Of a stretch of DNA of 64,000 nt, positions 41,613 through 52,623 are shown in pieces. Numbering within the stretch: the first letter of the stretch is position 1; every line of letters starts with the position of its first letter. The position numbers and the translations under genes were made by a program. Location: assembly GCA_963668025.2 (NCBI GenBank), contig CAXXTH010000018.1:480001-544000 (forward strand), read 5' to 3'. Below the pieces are notes generated by a model. The model was not told where the DNA came from, made no database searches, and saw only the letters and a list, made by a program, of their open reading frames with translations. Origin of the DNA: Candidatus Hydrogenedentota bacterium (GTDB lineage: Bacteria > Hydrogenedentota > Hydrogenedentia > Hydrogenedentales > SLHB01).

Positions 41613-44600
41613 TGATATCCAACATGCGCGCCAAATCTTTAATCGCACGCAGATTCATCTTGCCTGTGCCGAGAACAGGGATCTCCGCCACCCGGTAGAA
41701 CGAACTCGAACGCGGCACCCACAACCGGGGCAAATCGCACGTATCAAGCTTGGTGAAAAGCACTTCGAGCTGTTCTTCATCAAGCGTATGAATGACCACC
41801 AAGTGTTCGCCCTTTATCGCATCGGGCACGCCAGTGACCGCCATCGACATATCGGAGAGGCCAAGCAACTGGTGCATGGTTTCCTCGATTTTCGCATGAG
41901 GCGCCATCTCGCCGCCGATCTTCGAAAAGCGGGACAACCGGTCCGTGATGGTGATGAATCCTTCCTCATCCACTTTGGCGATATCGCCTGTCCGATACCA
42001 GCCATCCTTCATCACTTCCGCCGTTTTCTCGGGGAGGCCCAGGTATCCTTTCATGACATTTGGCCCGCGCACCAGCAGCATACCTGGTTCGTTCGGAGGA
42101 AGGAGCTTGCCCGTATCCGGGTCCACCACGCGCACGCTGACACCCGGGATGGGCTGGCCAATGGTTCCGTTTTTTACGCCTACTTGAAAGAAACCGGGCG
42201 CGCGGTAATCGGGCAAATTGACCGACACTACCGGGGAGCATTCCGTTGTCCCGTATCCTTCCAAAGGCTCGATGCCGAATTTAGCACGGAAAGCCTCGCG
42301 CAAGCGGGGCGATAGCTTCTCTGCGCCTGTCAAGGCATGGCGGATGCTGCTCAGTTCTTCCGGCAAACAGCGCCGGACGAAATTTTGCAGGAACGTGGGA
42401 GCAGCCACGAGAAAGGTGGCGTGGTATTTATAAATCAATTGCCCCACCGCTTTCGCTTCGAGTGGTGAAGGATGGTAAACCGCACTCCAGCCGCTGCACA
42501 TGGTCAGCCATAAACTCACCGTCAGGCCGAAAGAATGAAAGAAAGGTAAAATGCCCACCATGCATTCATCTTTGTCATGGGGAAATACCTGTAAAATCGA
42601 TTCAATATTGGAGGACATGTTAAATTGCGTCAGCGGAACTCCCTTGGGTTCGCCTTCACTGCCGCTCGAGAAAATAATCGCGGCGACATCATCCGGCAAA
42701 GGCCGTTTCTTTCTTCCCACGGCCTTTTCAAGCAATCGCACCGGCAGCAGAAAAGCCATGAGCATGGCGAGCAGCTTATCATTTATCCGAACGGACGCCT
42801 TTATATCCTCAAGAAATAGCGTCTCCCCCGGCACTTCGAGCTGCGTCAATTTTTCGAGGACGCGCTTGGATGTAATGACTTGACGGATGCCACACTGGCG
42901 CACTGCGGAAGCAATTGCCGAATTCGCGGCGGTATAGTTCAAGTTTACCGGCACTTTTCCCATGAGCTGAAGTGCAATATTGGTGATGACGCCGCCCACC
43001 GAAGGTGGAACAAGCACGCCCACCGCGGATTCATCACCCAGCAACACATTCAGTTTCCGGGCGAAAATAACCGATGCGATAAGCGCCTTGCCATACGACA
43101 AGACCGGCGTCGTCGCGTCGGCCATGCAGCGGCGGCTCAAGTGTAGGCGGGCGTTGCGCACAAAGGCGCGGTGGAGGATAGGCTGGTGGAGTTTTCGCTC
43201 CAGCCAAGTGTCCGTGCCAATCTCCCGAATGCGGTTGCGCACTTCGACGGCGGGCGAATCGGGCGGCATGGCCTCCCCATACGAAACCGAGACCGGAAAC
43301 GGAATCTGGCGCGGCATTTTCCATAAGACGCGCCCCTCGGAAAAACTGAATAGGCTGCCCCACAAGCGGTCGAGGCAAATGGGAATGATCGGGGCGTTCA
43401 CGCCCTTCATGATCTTCTCGAAACCCTTCTGGAACGGCAGCATTTGGCCGGTGCGCGTGATCTGCCCCTCGGCGAATACGCATACGACATGGCCTTCTTG
43501 GATGGCTTTTCGGGCCGCACGCAGGGCTTCCACTAGATTCTTGGGGCTGTCGTGCGGCGACACGGTGATCGCCTCGCCGATGCGCGCCAAGGGGCGCATC
43601 CAGGGATGGCTCTCAAGTAATTCCGATGACATGAGGAAGCGGACTTGCCGGTCCGTCGAGGCGGCGATGAACGGCGCATCAATGTAGCTCATGTGGTTCG
43701 CCACGAACAGCGCGCCGCCCTCTTCGGGCACATTCGCCCGGCCCCGGACATGAATGCGATACACTGTATTGAAAATAAGCCAGAAAAGAGAGCGTAAAAA
43801 GAAATAGGGATACGCGTAAAACAAATACACTGCAACGGCAATGGTCATCAAGCCGACAAAGAAGAATACGGCATATGTGCTCAGATGCGCCTTGCCGAAC
43901 GCCAAACCCAGGCCGCCGCCCAGCAGAATGCCGACATTTGTCGCCACATTAAGCGTTGCGATAATCCCGCCACGCATACCTGCGGGCGTGCGGTGCTGGA
44001 TATATGCCATGACCGGCACATCAAAAAATCCACCGAAGAAGCCCAGGACGCCCAACAGCGCCATGGCGGACCGGAAGCCGAATCCGGGCCAGCCTAGCAG
44101 GAGGCCAGCCGCCGCCATGCCAAGCAGGCCTATCGGGATCAGCCCCAGTTCGATCTTCCCTCTCGATATGAATCCTGCTGCGGCGCTTCCGAGCGCTATG
44201 CCCGCCAATAACGACACTAGATGCAGCGATACGCCCATCTCCCCCGCCTGCAACGTGTCTTTCGCATGTGAGATCAACCCCACCTGTAGGATGGCTCCAG
44301 ACATCCAGAAAAACGTGGCGCCCAGCATCATGAGCCATAACACCCGATTGGAATAGTACATGCGGAAATGGCGTCCCAATCCCGCCCAAGGATTAAATGG
44401 AATACGCTGGGCAGGATTAGCGGCAGGGGTCTTCGTGATAAAAAAGGAAGCAGCGAGGCCCATGCCGGACAAGACGATCAACCCGATGGAAAGCATGGCC
44501 ATCGAGAAGCCTCCTGGAGGAATTTGGGCATATAATGGGCCCGCTAGAAATTGGCCCGCGATGATGGCGACAAACGTGGTTCCATTCAGGATGCCATTTC

Positions 44601-45039
44601 CCCAAGACAGGCGGCTTTCGGGCAGGATCTCGGGCAAAATGCCATATTTCGCCGGGCTAAAGAAAGCGCTCTGTAAAAACATGAGCGCCAGCATGCCATA
44701 GATAAAGTAGGGATCTTCCGATAAAAAGGCCATCAGCCCTAAAATCATCACCCCCACTTCCCAAACTTTGGTGCCAATACAGACGCCGCGCTTGCTGAAG
44801 CGATCCGAAAAAGCCCCTGCTATCCCGGGAACCACAAGATAGGCCAATGCGATTAACACCACCGTAAAACTAGTGACGAGCATCGTGGTGTGCTCGTCGC
44901 CGCCCAGTTTTCCACATATGAAAAAGACAATCAGAAACCGGTATAGATTGTCATTGAACGCGCCTTGAAACTGGGTGGCGATTAGCGCCCAAAATCCCTT
45001 CTGGCGCTCCCTGCCCATCGTTTCTCCGGTAATTTCCAT
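41602..45039 (-). CDS. aas: MFS (LplT-like) - acyltransferase - acyl-ACP synthetase fusion
   Basis: TQFQGAFNDN, FSPAKYGILPE, NHMSYID, FAEG, FSSGSEGEPKG, EGYGTTE and WYRTGD motifs. Confidence 0.92.
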   Translation of the reverse strand: MEITGETMGRERQKGFWALIATQFQGAFNDNLYRFLIVFFICGKLGGDEHTTMLVTSFTVVLIALAYLVVPGIAGAFSDRFSKRGVCIGTKVWEVGVMILGLMAFLSEDPYFIYGMLALMFLQSAFFSPAKYGILPEILPESRLSWGNGILNGTTFVAIIAGQFLAGPLYAQIPPGGFSMAMLSIGLIVLSGMGLAASFFITKTPAANPAQRIPFNPWAGLGRHFRMYYSNRVLWLMMLGATFFWMSGAILQVGLISHAKDTLQAGEMGVSLHLVSLLAGIALGSAAAGFISRGKIELGLIPIGLLGMAAAGLLLGWPGFGFRSAMALLGVLGFFGGFFDVPVMAYIQHRTPAGMRGGIIATLNVATNVGILLGGGLGLAFGKAHLSTYAVFFFVGLMTIAVAVYLFYAYPYFFLRSLFWLIFNTVYRIHVRGRANVPEEGGALFVANHMSYIDAPFIAASTDRQVRFLMSSELLESHPWMRPLARIGEAITVSPHDSPKNLVEALRAARKAIQEGHVVCVFAEGQITRTGQMLPFQKGFEKIMKGVNAPIIPICLDRLWGSLFSFSEGRVLWKMPRQIPFPVSVSYGEAMPPDSPAVEVRNRIREIGTDTWLERKLHQPILHRAFVRNARLHLSRRCMADATTPVLSYGKALIASVIFARKLNVLLGDESAVGVLVPPSVGGVITNIALQLMGKVPVNLNYTAANSAIASAVRQCGIRQVITSKRVLEKLTQLEVPGETLFLEDIKASVRINDKLLAMLMAFLLPVRLLEKAVGRKKRPLPDDVAAIIFSSGSEGEPKGVPLTQFNMSSNIESILQVFPHDKDECMVGILPFFHSFGLTVSLWLTMCSGWSAVYHPSPLEAKAVGQLIYKYHATFLVAAPTFLQNFVRRCLPEELSSIRHALTGAEKLSPRLREAFRAKFGIEPLEGYGTTECSPVVSVNLPDYRAPGFFQVGVKNGTIGQPIPGVSVRVVDPDTGKLLPPNEPGMLLVRGPNVMKGYLGLPEKTAEVMKDGWYRTGDIAKVDEEGFITITDRLSRFSKIGGEMAPHAKIEETMHQLLGLSDMSMAVTGVPDAIKGEHLVVIHTLDEEQLEVLFTKLDTCDLPRLWVPRSSSFYRVAEIPVLGTGKMNLRAIKDLARMLDINGD

Positions 45040-45125
45040 TGCTGCTTCTCCTAAATTGCCTATCCCCTGACAGTAAGCGAAAACACCGGCATGGCCCCTC
45101 AGCCCAGCCGACGGCGTCTTATGCT

Positions 45126-45596
45126 CTACACTTCCATCATTTGTTCGCGCACCTTTTCCATAACACGAATCAATTGGCGGCATTCCGCCTCGCCCACGGC
45201 TTCCATGATCCGGTGAATTGCGGCGCGGTATTCCGGCTCCACTTCCGCGATGAGCACTTCACCGGCTGGCGTTAGGCAAACATGGTTGACCCGCCGGTTT
45301 CCCACTACAGCTTTGCGCTCGATAAATCCTTTCCCTTCAAGGCGATCCAGGACCGAAGTCACGGTCGCGCGGGTCACTACTAAACACCGGCTCAAATCGG
45401 ATTGCGTCAATTCATGGCTGCGGTATTTAAGCGACAGCAGCACATTAAATTGCGCCAGTGTAAGGTCGAAATGCCGGAACAGGCCCGCACCTATGGTTTC
45501 TAGCGACGACGCCGTGCGCATGATATTCAGCACCGCCTCATGATAAAGATCCTGAAACGGAAGATCGATACCCAATTCCTGATTAAGCCTCACCAT
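45126..45596 (-). CDS. MarR family regulator
   Basis: LTLAQFNVL, TQSDLS, TVTSVLDRLEGKGFIER and NRR...LTPAG motifs. Confidence 0.92.
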   Translation of the reverse strand: MVRLNQELGIDLPFQDLYHEAVLNIMRTASSLETIGAGLFRHFDLTLAQFNVLLSLKYRSHELTQSDLSRCLVVTRATVTSVLDRLEGKGFIERKAVVGNRRVNHVCLTPAGEVLIAEVEPEYRAAIHRIMEAVGEAECRQLIRVMEKVREQMMEV

Positions 45597-45712
45597 ATCC
45601 ACATCCTTCTTTAGAGAAAGCACAGCCCTCGCCCCAAAGGAAACCATCACGTTACGAAGGCAAAGAATATCATATTTCCACCTATTTCCGTCTCGTTCCC
45701 TGGGGCCTCGCT

Positions 45713-45759
45713 GTTAGATTCTAACTATACCGTACACTAATAAACCTTTAGATGTCAAC
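45713..45759 (-). promoter_or_regulatory. Putative MarR operators and -35 box
   Basis: Palindrome GTTAGATTCTAAC (45713-25) and related TTTAGATGTCAAC (45747-59), which contains a minus-strand TTGACA. Confidence 0.55.
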
Positions 45760-46044
45760 CCTTCCTGCTCGTAACTCATCCTATGGTGCGTTCTATGTAT
45801 GCGATCTTGGAAATCCATCGGTTTGCGTGGAGTAACCGGCTCAGTGAAGACCTTGAAGAGGCGGGTTTGCACGTCCAACCTCCCGTTGGATTGGATGAGC
45901 AAAAGATCGTTCACGAATAATCGCTTAGTTGCGCATGATGCTCGCAGCAGAGCTATTCGCCAGGCCCCTCATCAACCCGTGCCATTTTACGTGAAGTGGA
46001 AGGTGGGCTGCGCCGAGGCTGAAGCGCCATAGCAACGCATTGCC

Positions 46045-48110
46045 CTACCAGAGCCAGACATAAAGTGAAATAGTCACTAGCGCCAAGACCGCCCACTGCA
46101 ATCTCCAGTCTTTCCAGCCTTCGAACGGTGCAAGCCGCTCCCAACAAACGGTGGTGCGGGCCAGTTTTTCTTCAGATGTCTTGCGCGTAACGAATGAAAC
46201 CAGAAACAAGACCAATGTAATGAGAGCAGTTCCCCACAAGCCACGATAGGTGTAGTTTTCCGTCAGGGGCAGGTGTAGGCATGGCCATACACGCATGCCC
46301 CACTCACGTCCCATCAACTGATCGGTGACGAACACACCAGCCAGCATAACACCTATGGCGAAAGACCAGACTGCCCCGGTGAACGTAACACGCCGACTCA
46401 TAATGCCAAAGAAGATTGCTGGCGTAAGCGGCATCACGAGGAAAAGCGAAACGGTCTGCAGATATTTGTATAAGCCCTCTGGCGTCATCGCAATAGGATA
46501 GGTCGCCAATATGCCACAGGCGGTTCCAAGTACGATAGCCAGCCGGCCAATTCGCACTTGAGCGCGTTCGCTAGTGTGCGGGCGAAGCCGGACCACATAA
46601 TCTTTCGTCACCAGTGTGGATATGGAGTTCATCATGGAGAGTAATGAGGAGATCATCGCCGCCAGCAGAGCAGCCAAGACAAGGCCACGCAGGCCCGTGG
46701 GAAGCAACTCGTTGAGTAATGTAACGAAAGTGATTTTGGCTTCATGCCCGGGAAACAACGCCAACGCGATTACGCCGGGAAGGGCGAAGATGAAGACCGG
46801 AGTCAACTTGAGTAGTACAGTAAAAAACCACGCCCAGAGGACGTGGCTTTGCTTTGGCCACTCAGAGAGTGGCTGAGTGCTTGCACCCAGAGGATGCAAG
46901 CGTGGGTTGTGTTCCGCAACGCCGCTTGGTTCAATACTTCATTTTTAGCTATTCATCGTGACGTTCCGTTTCTTCCTGGAACTTCACGTACTTGCTGCCC
47001 ACATAACGTTTGGATACAGGTGTAAACCTCCTTGCCCACCGGTCCCGTCAAAACCCGGTAGCAATATTTGGGAGCCCATACCATGTGATATTGGCAATAC
47101 CATATCGCATATGATGATTTGCGGAAACGACTCATTGGCATCTCCTTTTCGGTGTTGCGGAACAACACGAGTGTAGGAGATGCCGATGGGCTTAAACAGG
47201 CTGAGCCAAAGGCCCTATGACCACGTCCAAAGGACGTGGGTTTTTAGGTCGCACTAAACATTGCGCCCCAGCGGGCCTCTCGCAGATTGGGTGCTCCCAG
47301 CATTCGTTGCACGTTGACCTGGTCCATTCCCCAGTAGAAGATTCCGCCATAAATAGAACCAGCAATAATGCCCCAGAAGGGGTAATTGGGATCATCATAG
47401 GCTTTGGCGATGTGGACCGCTTGAGGAACTTGCGTCACGAGTCCTTGCCAGCCGCCTACTCTCTCTAGCCCTATCCACAACATGCCGCCACAGCCGACTA
47501 ACATTATTAGGGTTTGGATGGCGTCGGTAAAAGCCACGGTGGCAAAGCCTCCGATGATGGTCACAGCGGAAGCAAGCAGGCCGATCAGGGTGACTGTCAC
47601 CATGATAAGGCACAGAACATGAGGGTCGGTCAAACTGCCATCTACTCCACTCAGGCCGATTAGCACCAAGGCGCCAGCATACAAAGTAAATGCCATCTTT
47701 GTAACGACGCAAATGAATAGCATTAGTGTGGTAAAGAAAAAGCGCGCAACACAATTATAACGCAGTTCCAGAAACTCAGGGATGGTAAACACCTTGTTAC
47801 GGATATATGCTGGCAGAAGCACCGCGCAAGCCACGCCAAGACAGATGGCAGTGGTCAGCTCGACCGTTCCCGCTGAAAGCCCATAGCGGTAGGCATCGCC
47901 GGACAAACCGACCAAGTGTTCGGCGCCGATGTTCGTGGCAAACAACGAGGCGCCCACAATCGGCCAGGAAAGACGGCGTCCGGCGAGAAAAAAGCTCTCG
48001 CTGTCTGCGGCGCCCCCCATCCTACGGGACAGAATCAAACCGCTGAGCAGGCTTGCGAAGATAGCCAACGTACAAACAACCCAATCCAACGCGGTCATTG
48101 AAATAGCCAT
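46045..48110 (-). pseudogene. Sodium:solute symporter (SLC5/SSS sugar type) interrupted by an IS200 derivative
   Basis: FFLAGR, ASLFATNIGAEH, TIPEFLELRY, DQVNVQR and LPTGLRGLVLAALLAA motifs. Removing 46821-47254 restores WGAMF-TVLLKLTP. Confidence 0.9.
46821..47254 (-). mobile_element. tnpA: 434-bp internally deleted IS200/IS605-family element
   Basis: Subterminal hairpins CCACGTCC-ttt-GGACGTGG and CCACGTCC-tct-GGGCGTGG. TnpA N-terminus (CQYHMVWAPKY) abuts an out-of-frame C-terminus (KYVKFQEETERHDE*). TTTA at both junctions. Confidence 0.88.
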
Positions 48111-48346
48111 GGTACGGACTCCATTGTGCGGTTTCATAGGCGTTAGCACTCGCCGCAGATACTCAGCCACAGCAACTCCCCAGTATGGCGAATTGCTTTA
48201 AAAAAGCACTTTACGGTTTGTATCGCTCATATTGGCACTTAATGGAAGATAATTCAAGTTTTTATGATTGAATATGGTCAGTATACTTGCTAAACTAAGG
48301 GGAGAATGATGAACATGCAGAACATCAGAGAAGGAGTTAATACATC

Positions 48347-49147
48347 GTGGAGCTTGGCAAAAGCATTAGACTCGAGCGGCTGTTCTCTCACCCCTCCAAA
48401 CGGCTCTGCTCGGTGGCAATTGATCATTTCATCGGATATGAAAAAGGATTACCATGTGGACTAACGCATCTGGGCCGCACATTGGAACAAATCATGGCAG
48501 GTGCGCCTGATGCGGTAACAATGAGCAAAGGGGTCGCAAAAAGCCTGTGGGGCCCCTATGCGGGGTGCGTACCGCTCATTATCAGCGCCGTCCAGTTTCG
48601 GGTTGACGACAGCTACCTCGAGTGCGTCGCCACTCCAGAGGAAGTGCTATGCTTGGGAGGCGATGCTATTGCAATCGCCATCGGCGTGCGCGGCCCGCGG
48701 GAAGGCAGCTATATCAAGCTCCTCTCCGATGCAGTGGAACAAGCCAGTAGGATCAGCTTACCCGTAATGGCTCACATCTACCCACGTGACTACACCGGTT
48801 CCACTCCGTGTATCGTGCATGATCCGGAAAACATCATGTGGGCCGTACGTTGCGGCATCGAGTCCGGCGCCGATGTCATTAAAGTGCCTTACACTGGCGA
48901 CGTCGCGTCTTTTCGCGATATTGTAGCTTCCTCGCCGGTGCCCGTCGTGGCAGCCGGCGGCCCAAAGGCTCAATCATTAGAGGAAGCCATCGCGATGATG
49001 AGACAGGTGGTGGAAGCCGGCGCACGCGGTGCCACCATCGGACGCAACATCTGGGGATGGCCTAATATCACCCAGAATCTGTTGGCCTTCAAGGCAGCAA
49101 TTCATGATGTAAAGGACACCGTGGAATACGACTCGACGTCAACCTGA
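48347..49147 (+). CDS. Class I aldolase (DhnA/LsrF-like)
   Basis: VAIDH, GADVIKVPYTG (Schiff-base Lys), PVVAAGGP and GATIGRNIW motifs. Confidence 0.9.
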   Translation: MELGKSIRLERLFSHPSKRLCSVAIDHFIGYEKGLPCGLTHLGRTLEQIMAGAPDAVTMSKGVAKSLWGPYAGCVPLIISAVQFRVDDSYLECVATPEEVLCLGGDAIAIAIGVRGPREGSYIKLLSDAVEQASRISLPVMAHIYPRDYTGSTPCIVHDPENIMWAVRCGIESGADVIKVPYTGDVASFRDIVASSPVPVVAAGGPKAQSLEEAIAMMRQVVEAGARGATIGRNIWGWPNITQNLLAFKAAIHDVKDTVEYDSTST

Positions 49148-49168
49148 AGGAGCAATTGGATACATATC

Positions 49169-49948
49169 ATGCGAGTCAAAGATGTAAAACGCCTTAACGA
49201 AATGCTGGAATGGATCAACCAAGAAGGCTACGCGAGTGTCGAGCAGTTGAGCCAACATTTTGGCGTTTCGCTGGCTACGGTTCGGCGTGACTTGCTCGAT
49301 CTGGAAAAGAGCGACGGCGTTTATCGCACCCATGGCGGCGTCTACGCGCAGACCCTCAAGCTACTAAATTCGGTCACGCGTGATCAGATCAACCACGCCG
49401 AAAAATCGGCCATTGCACGCAAGGCAGTCGAATCGCTCAAGCCCGGCGATACCATCTTTCTGGATCCCGGTAGTTCGATCGAGCAATTGGCGCTCCAGAT
49501 CCGCGAGACCTTTAATCACGAGCCATTGACCGTTATCACTTCTGGACATAGAGCCTTTCTGCACCTATTTGAATTGCCCGAGATCCACCTGATTCTCCTC
49601 GGCGGCCACTACTATCCCGAAACGCAATCATTCGCTGGACCGATCACCATGCGGGCGGTGTCCGAACTCATGATCGACAAGTATTTTATGGCTACCATAG
49701 GCATTGTTCCCCGTTTCGGCCTCACCGATTCTTCGGAGGCGGATTGCGAGGTCAAGCGCCAGGTGCTCGAACGCGCCCAGGAGGTTATCCTGCTGGCCGA
49801 CTCCTCCAAGTTTCATACGCGTGGCCTGTTTCTGACCTGTCCGCTGGGCAAAGTTCATCAATTGATCACCGACGAGGGCCTATCCGCTAAAGATAAAACG
49901 ATGGTCCGAGAAGCAGGTTTAGTTTTGACGATTGCTTCACTGGAGTGA
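49169..49948 (+). CDS. DeoR/GlpR family regulator
   Basis: FGVSLATVRRDL, RTHGG, EKSAIA, IFLDPGSS and LLADSSKF motifs. Confidence 0.94.
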   Translation: MRVKDVKRLNEMLEWINQEGYASVEQLSQHFGVSLATVRRDLLDLEKSDGVYRTHGGVYAQTLKLLNSVTRDQINHAEKSAIARKAVESLKPGDTIFLDPGSSIEQLALQIRETFNHEPLTVITSGHRAFLHLFELPEIHLILLGGHYYPETQSFAGPITMRAVSELMIDKYFMATIGIVPRFGLTDSSEADCEVKRQVLERAQEVILLADSSKFHTRGLFLTCPLGKVHQLITDEGLSAKDKTMVREAGLVLTIASLE

Positions 49949-50019
49949 TTTTGAAACGCCCGTCGTAATGATTAATGTCTCTGGCGGTGTGTATGGCCAA
50001 GATGGATGGCTCAGAAGCG

Positions 50020-50937
50020 ATGTGTGATCTGTTAAGTTTTGGCATTGCAGCAGTGGACGAGTTGATCACGCTCGAAACCTTTCCCTCTCCGGGCAGCAAA
50101 ATAAGGATACAGCCGCCGGTGCGGCAGGGGGGAGGCCTGGCGGCAACCGCCTTGGTCACTGCCGCTCGATTGGGCTGCCGCTGTGTATATGCGGGCAAAC
50201 TTGGTATAAACGAACCTTCCGAATATATCCGCCGTATTCTGCTCCAAGAGGGGATCGAAATCCACTCTCCTCAAGGATATCCGGAAGCCCGCCCGTATCA
50301 GTCGTACATCTGGGTGGAGGCCTCAACCGGTGAGCGTACGATTTTATACAGCGCGCCAGGAGTGCATGGAGTGGAACCGGAGGATGTGGATGAGACGCTT
50401 GTGGCGGGAGCGCGGATGGTATTGGTGGATCAATCAGGCCCGCGAGGAACGTTGGAGATCTGCCGCTTGGCCAAAGCGCATGGCATTCCGATTGTCGCGG
50501 ATCTTGATCGAGTAGATCACGAAGACTTGCGGCAGATCATCCACTATACGGATCATCTGATCCTTTCTGCGCACATCGCGCGAGAACTGTCTGAGATTGA
50601 GGATTTGGTTCAAGCGGTCTGCTATTTGGCTTATCCCAAACGTGCCTGCACCGCAGTGACCGATGGCGCCCGAGGATGCTGGTTTATCACGGAAGGCGAT
50701 GTTGAGCGCGTTCAGCACCAGTCGGCGTTCGAGGTGAAGGTGTGTGATACAACCGGCTGCGGCGATGTGTTTCATGGCGCTTATTGCGCCGCTCTACTAT
50801 CGGGTGAAAATGTGGCGAATGCCATGCGTTTTGCGGCGGCTGTCGCGGCGCTTAAAGCGACATCTTTCGGAGGACAGGCGGGGATTCCTGACCGGCGGAC
50901 CGTCGAAGGGTTTCTGGCGGGAGCGATAGAGGCATGA
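50020..50937 (+). CDS. PfkB family carbohydrate kinase (YihV-like)
   Basis: GGGLAATALVTAARLG, VTDGARGC and DTTGCGDVFHGAY motifs. Confidence 0.9.
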   Translation: MCDLLSFGIAAVDELITLETFPSPGSKIRIQPPVRQGGGLAATALVTAARLGCRCVYAGKLGINEPSEYIRRILLQEGIEIHSPQGYPEARPYQSYIWVEASTGERTILYSAPGVHGVEPEDVDETLVAGARMVLVDQSGPRGTLEICRLAKAHGIPIVADLDRVDHEDLRQIIHYTDHLILSAHIARELSEIEDLVQAVCYLAYPKRACTAVTDGARGCWFITEGDVERVQHQSAFEVKVCDTTGCGDVFHGAYCAALLSGENVANAMRFAAAVAALKATSFGGQAGIPDRRTVEGFLAGAIEA

Positions 50938-50998
50938 CGCTTATAGACCGGAAGGCGTTTAAATCATCCATCACAATAGCGGCTATGGATCAAAGGGA

Positions 50999-52357
50999 AT
51001 GTGTATGATGCAAATGGATGAATTGGCCTCCACGCTCGAGGCAAGGTTACATGAATTCCCTTGGCTGGATGCGCATACCCATCTGGTGGGAGGCAAACTG
51101 GGCGCCCGGGGCTTACATGATATCGTCCTTTATCATATGGCGGTGAGTGAACTCTATAGCGCGGGCTGTCCCTCCGGGGCCAGACTCACGCAATTTCCCG
51201 GCTGGCCCGATCAGGAGGAATGTCATGGGCGTATCTGCGAAGCGTTACCCTACTTCGCTCGCGTCAGGGGAACTTCAATTTCATGGGGTGTCCGCATTAT
51301 CCTAAAAGACTTATATGGGTGGGATGCCCCTATATCCGCTGAAAACTGGCGTAAGCTGGATGAAACCATTCGTGAAAGGGCCGATAACGGTAAATGGCAT
51401 CGTGAGATTTTACGCCGGGCGGGCGTTCAACGCTGCTGCACCGAACTCGCGCGTTCCGGGGGCGGCGTAGATGCTGATATCCTAGGATACGCCCTGGAAT
51501 GGGGCTTTTTTACCCGGTGTCAATGGGGAGAATTCGACACCTCCTTGTATGAGCTGGAGCGTTGTTGGGGCAAGATGCCTGAGTCGTCTGCTCCTATTGG
51601 TGGTAAAGCCCGTCCTGCGACAGAAAGAACCATCCGAAATCTCGATGATGTGCGTGAAGCCATCCAGTGGTATGTCGAACATATCCCTGCAGAGCGGGTT
51701 TCCGCGGTGGCGACGCACCTTTCTACGGATATTCAATATCGGGAGATACAAGACGAGGAAATGGCGTCAGCGCTTCTGAACCGTGACTACGCGGGATTGG
51801 CTGAACGAGACATATATGCGTCGTATATACAAGAAGCTTATCTAGCGGCGCTGGAGCGTAGACACGGTGAAGACATTGTGTTTCAGTTTAGTTTTGGCGC
51901 AGAACCGTTGCCGTATGAGACAGGAAGCCGTATTAATCAAGAGACACTGACGCAGCTCGCGGAAATGCTGGGCCGCCATCCCGGCTTATCGTTCCAATGC
52001 TTCTTGTCGAGTACACATGCCAACCAATCCATGTGTACTTTGTGCCGGGAGTTCCAAAATCTGTCGCTGGCCGGATACTGGTGGCACAACTTTTTCCCTT
52101 CCATCATGGAGCATGTCATGTCGGAACGGCTTGACATGCTTCCATTAAATCGCCAAATTGGATTTTTCTCAGACGCCTATTGCGTAGAATGGGTGTATGC
52201 CAAGGCGGCAATGGTGCGCAAAACTCTTGCCCGGATACTCGCTTCTAAAATCGAATTGGGGCAATATGATGTAGAATTGGCTCTGTCTGTTGCTCGGGAA
52301 ATCCTTTGTGAATCCGCCCTGCCTCTGTTTCGCCCGATGGATGCCAAACCGCATTGA
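50999..52357 (+). CDS. Amidohydrolase-fold, uronate isomerase-like protein
   Basis: DAHTHL metal motif, GYWWHNF, FSDAY, and EWVYAKAAMVRKTLARIL resembling the UxaC C-terminus. Confidence 0.7.
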   Translation: MCMMQMDELASTLEARLHEFPWLDAHTHLVGGKLGARGLHDIVLYHMAVSELYSAGCPSGARLTQFPGWPDQEECHGRICEALPYFARVRGTSISWGVRIILKDLYGWDAPISAENWRKLDETIRERADNGKWHREILRRAGVQRCCTELARSGGGVDADILGYALEWGFFTRCQWGEFDTSLYELERCWGKMPESSAPIGGKARPATERTIRNLDDVREAIQWYVEHIPAERVSAVATHLSTDIQYREIQDEEMASALLNRDYAGLAERDIYASYIQEAYLAALERRHGEDIVFQFSFGAEPLPYETGSRINQETLTQLAEMLGRHPGLSFQCFLSSTHANQSMCTLCREFQNLSLAGYWWHNFFPSIMEHVMSERLDMLPLNRQIGFFSDAYCVEWVYAKAAMVRKTLARILASKIELGQYDVELALSVAREILCESALPLFRPMDAKPH

Positions 52358-52623
52358 ATCAGAGCAACTTATACCTAGTCTTGATCAATCTCTCCAGTGA
52401 TAGCCTTTTGCTCTCTCCAAATGAGGCGCCTCTCCCTGTTTTTCGGAGTCATTTGGCGCTTGATGGTAGCGTTTCGCTTCAATTTATCCATATTGCGCGA
52501 GCGGATCGTGTTAATGATTTATAAAAAAGGTTTAGATTTATATAGAGCACTTTTAATGAGGTTTAATTTTTTATTTTGATTGAATTTCGCTTTTATTGAT
52601 GTTATTCTTTCATTATAAAGTTG

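Noticed and set aside
45770-46040. Short ORFs between marR and the symporter
   Set aside because: No recognisable motifs, RBS or consistent frame.
46821-47254. IStron or TnpB/omegaRNA system; RAYT for the REPs
   Set aside because: Only 434 bp, with no tnpB or group I intron core seen; its hairpins do not match the REP sequence.
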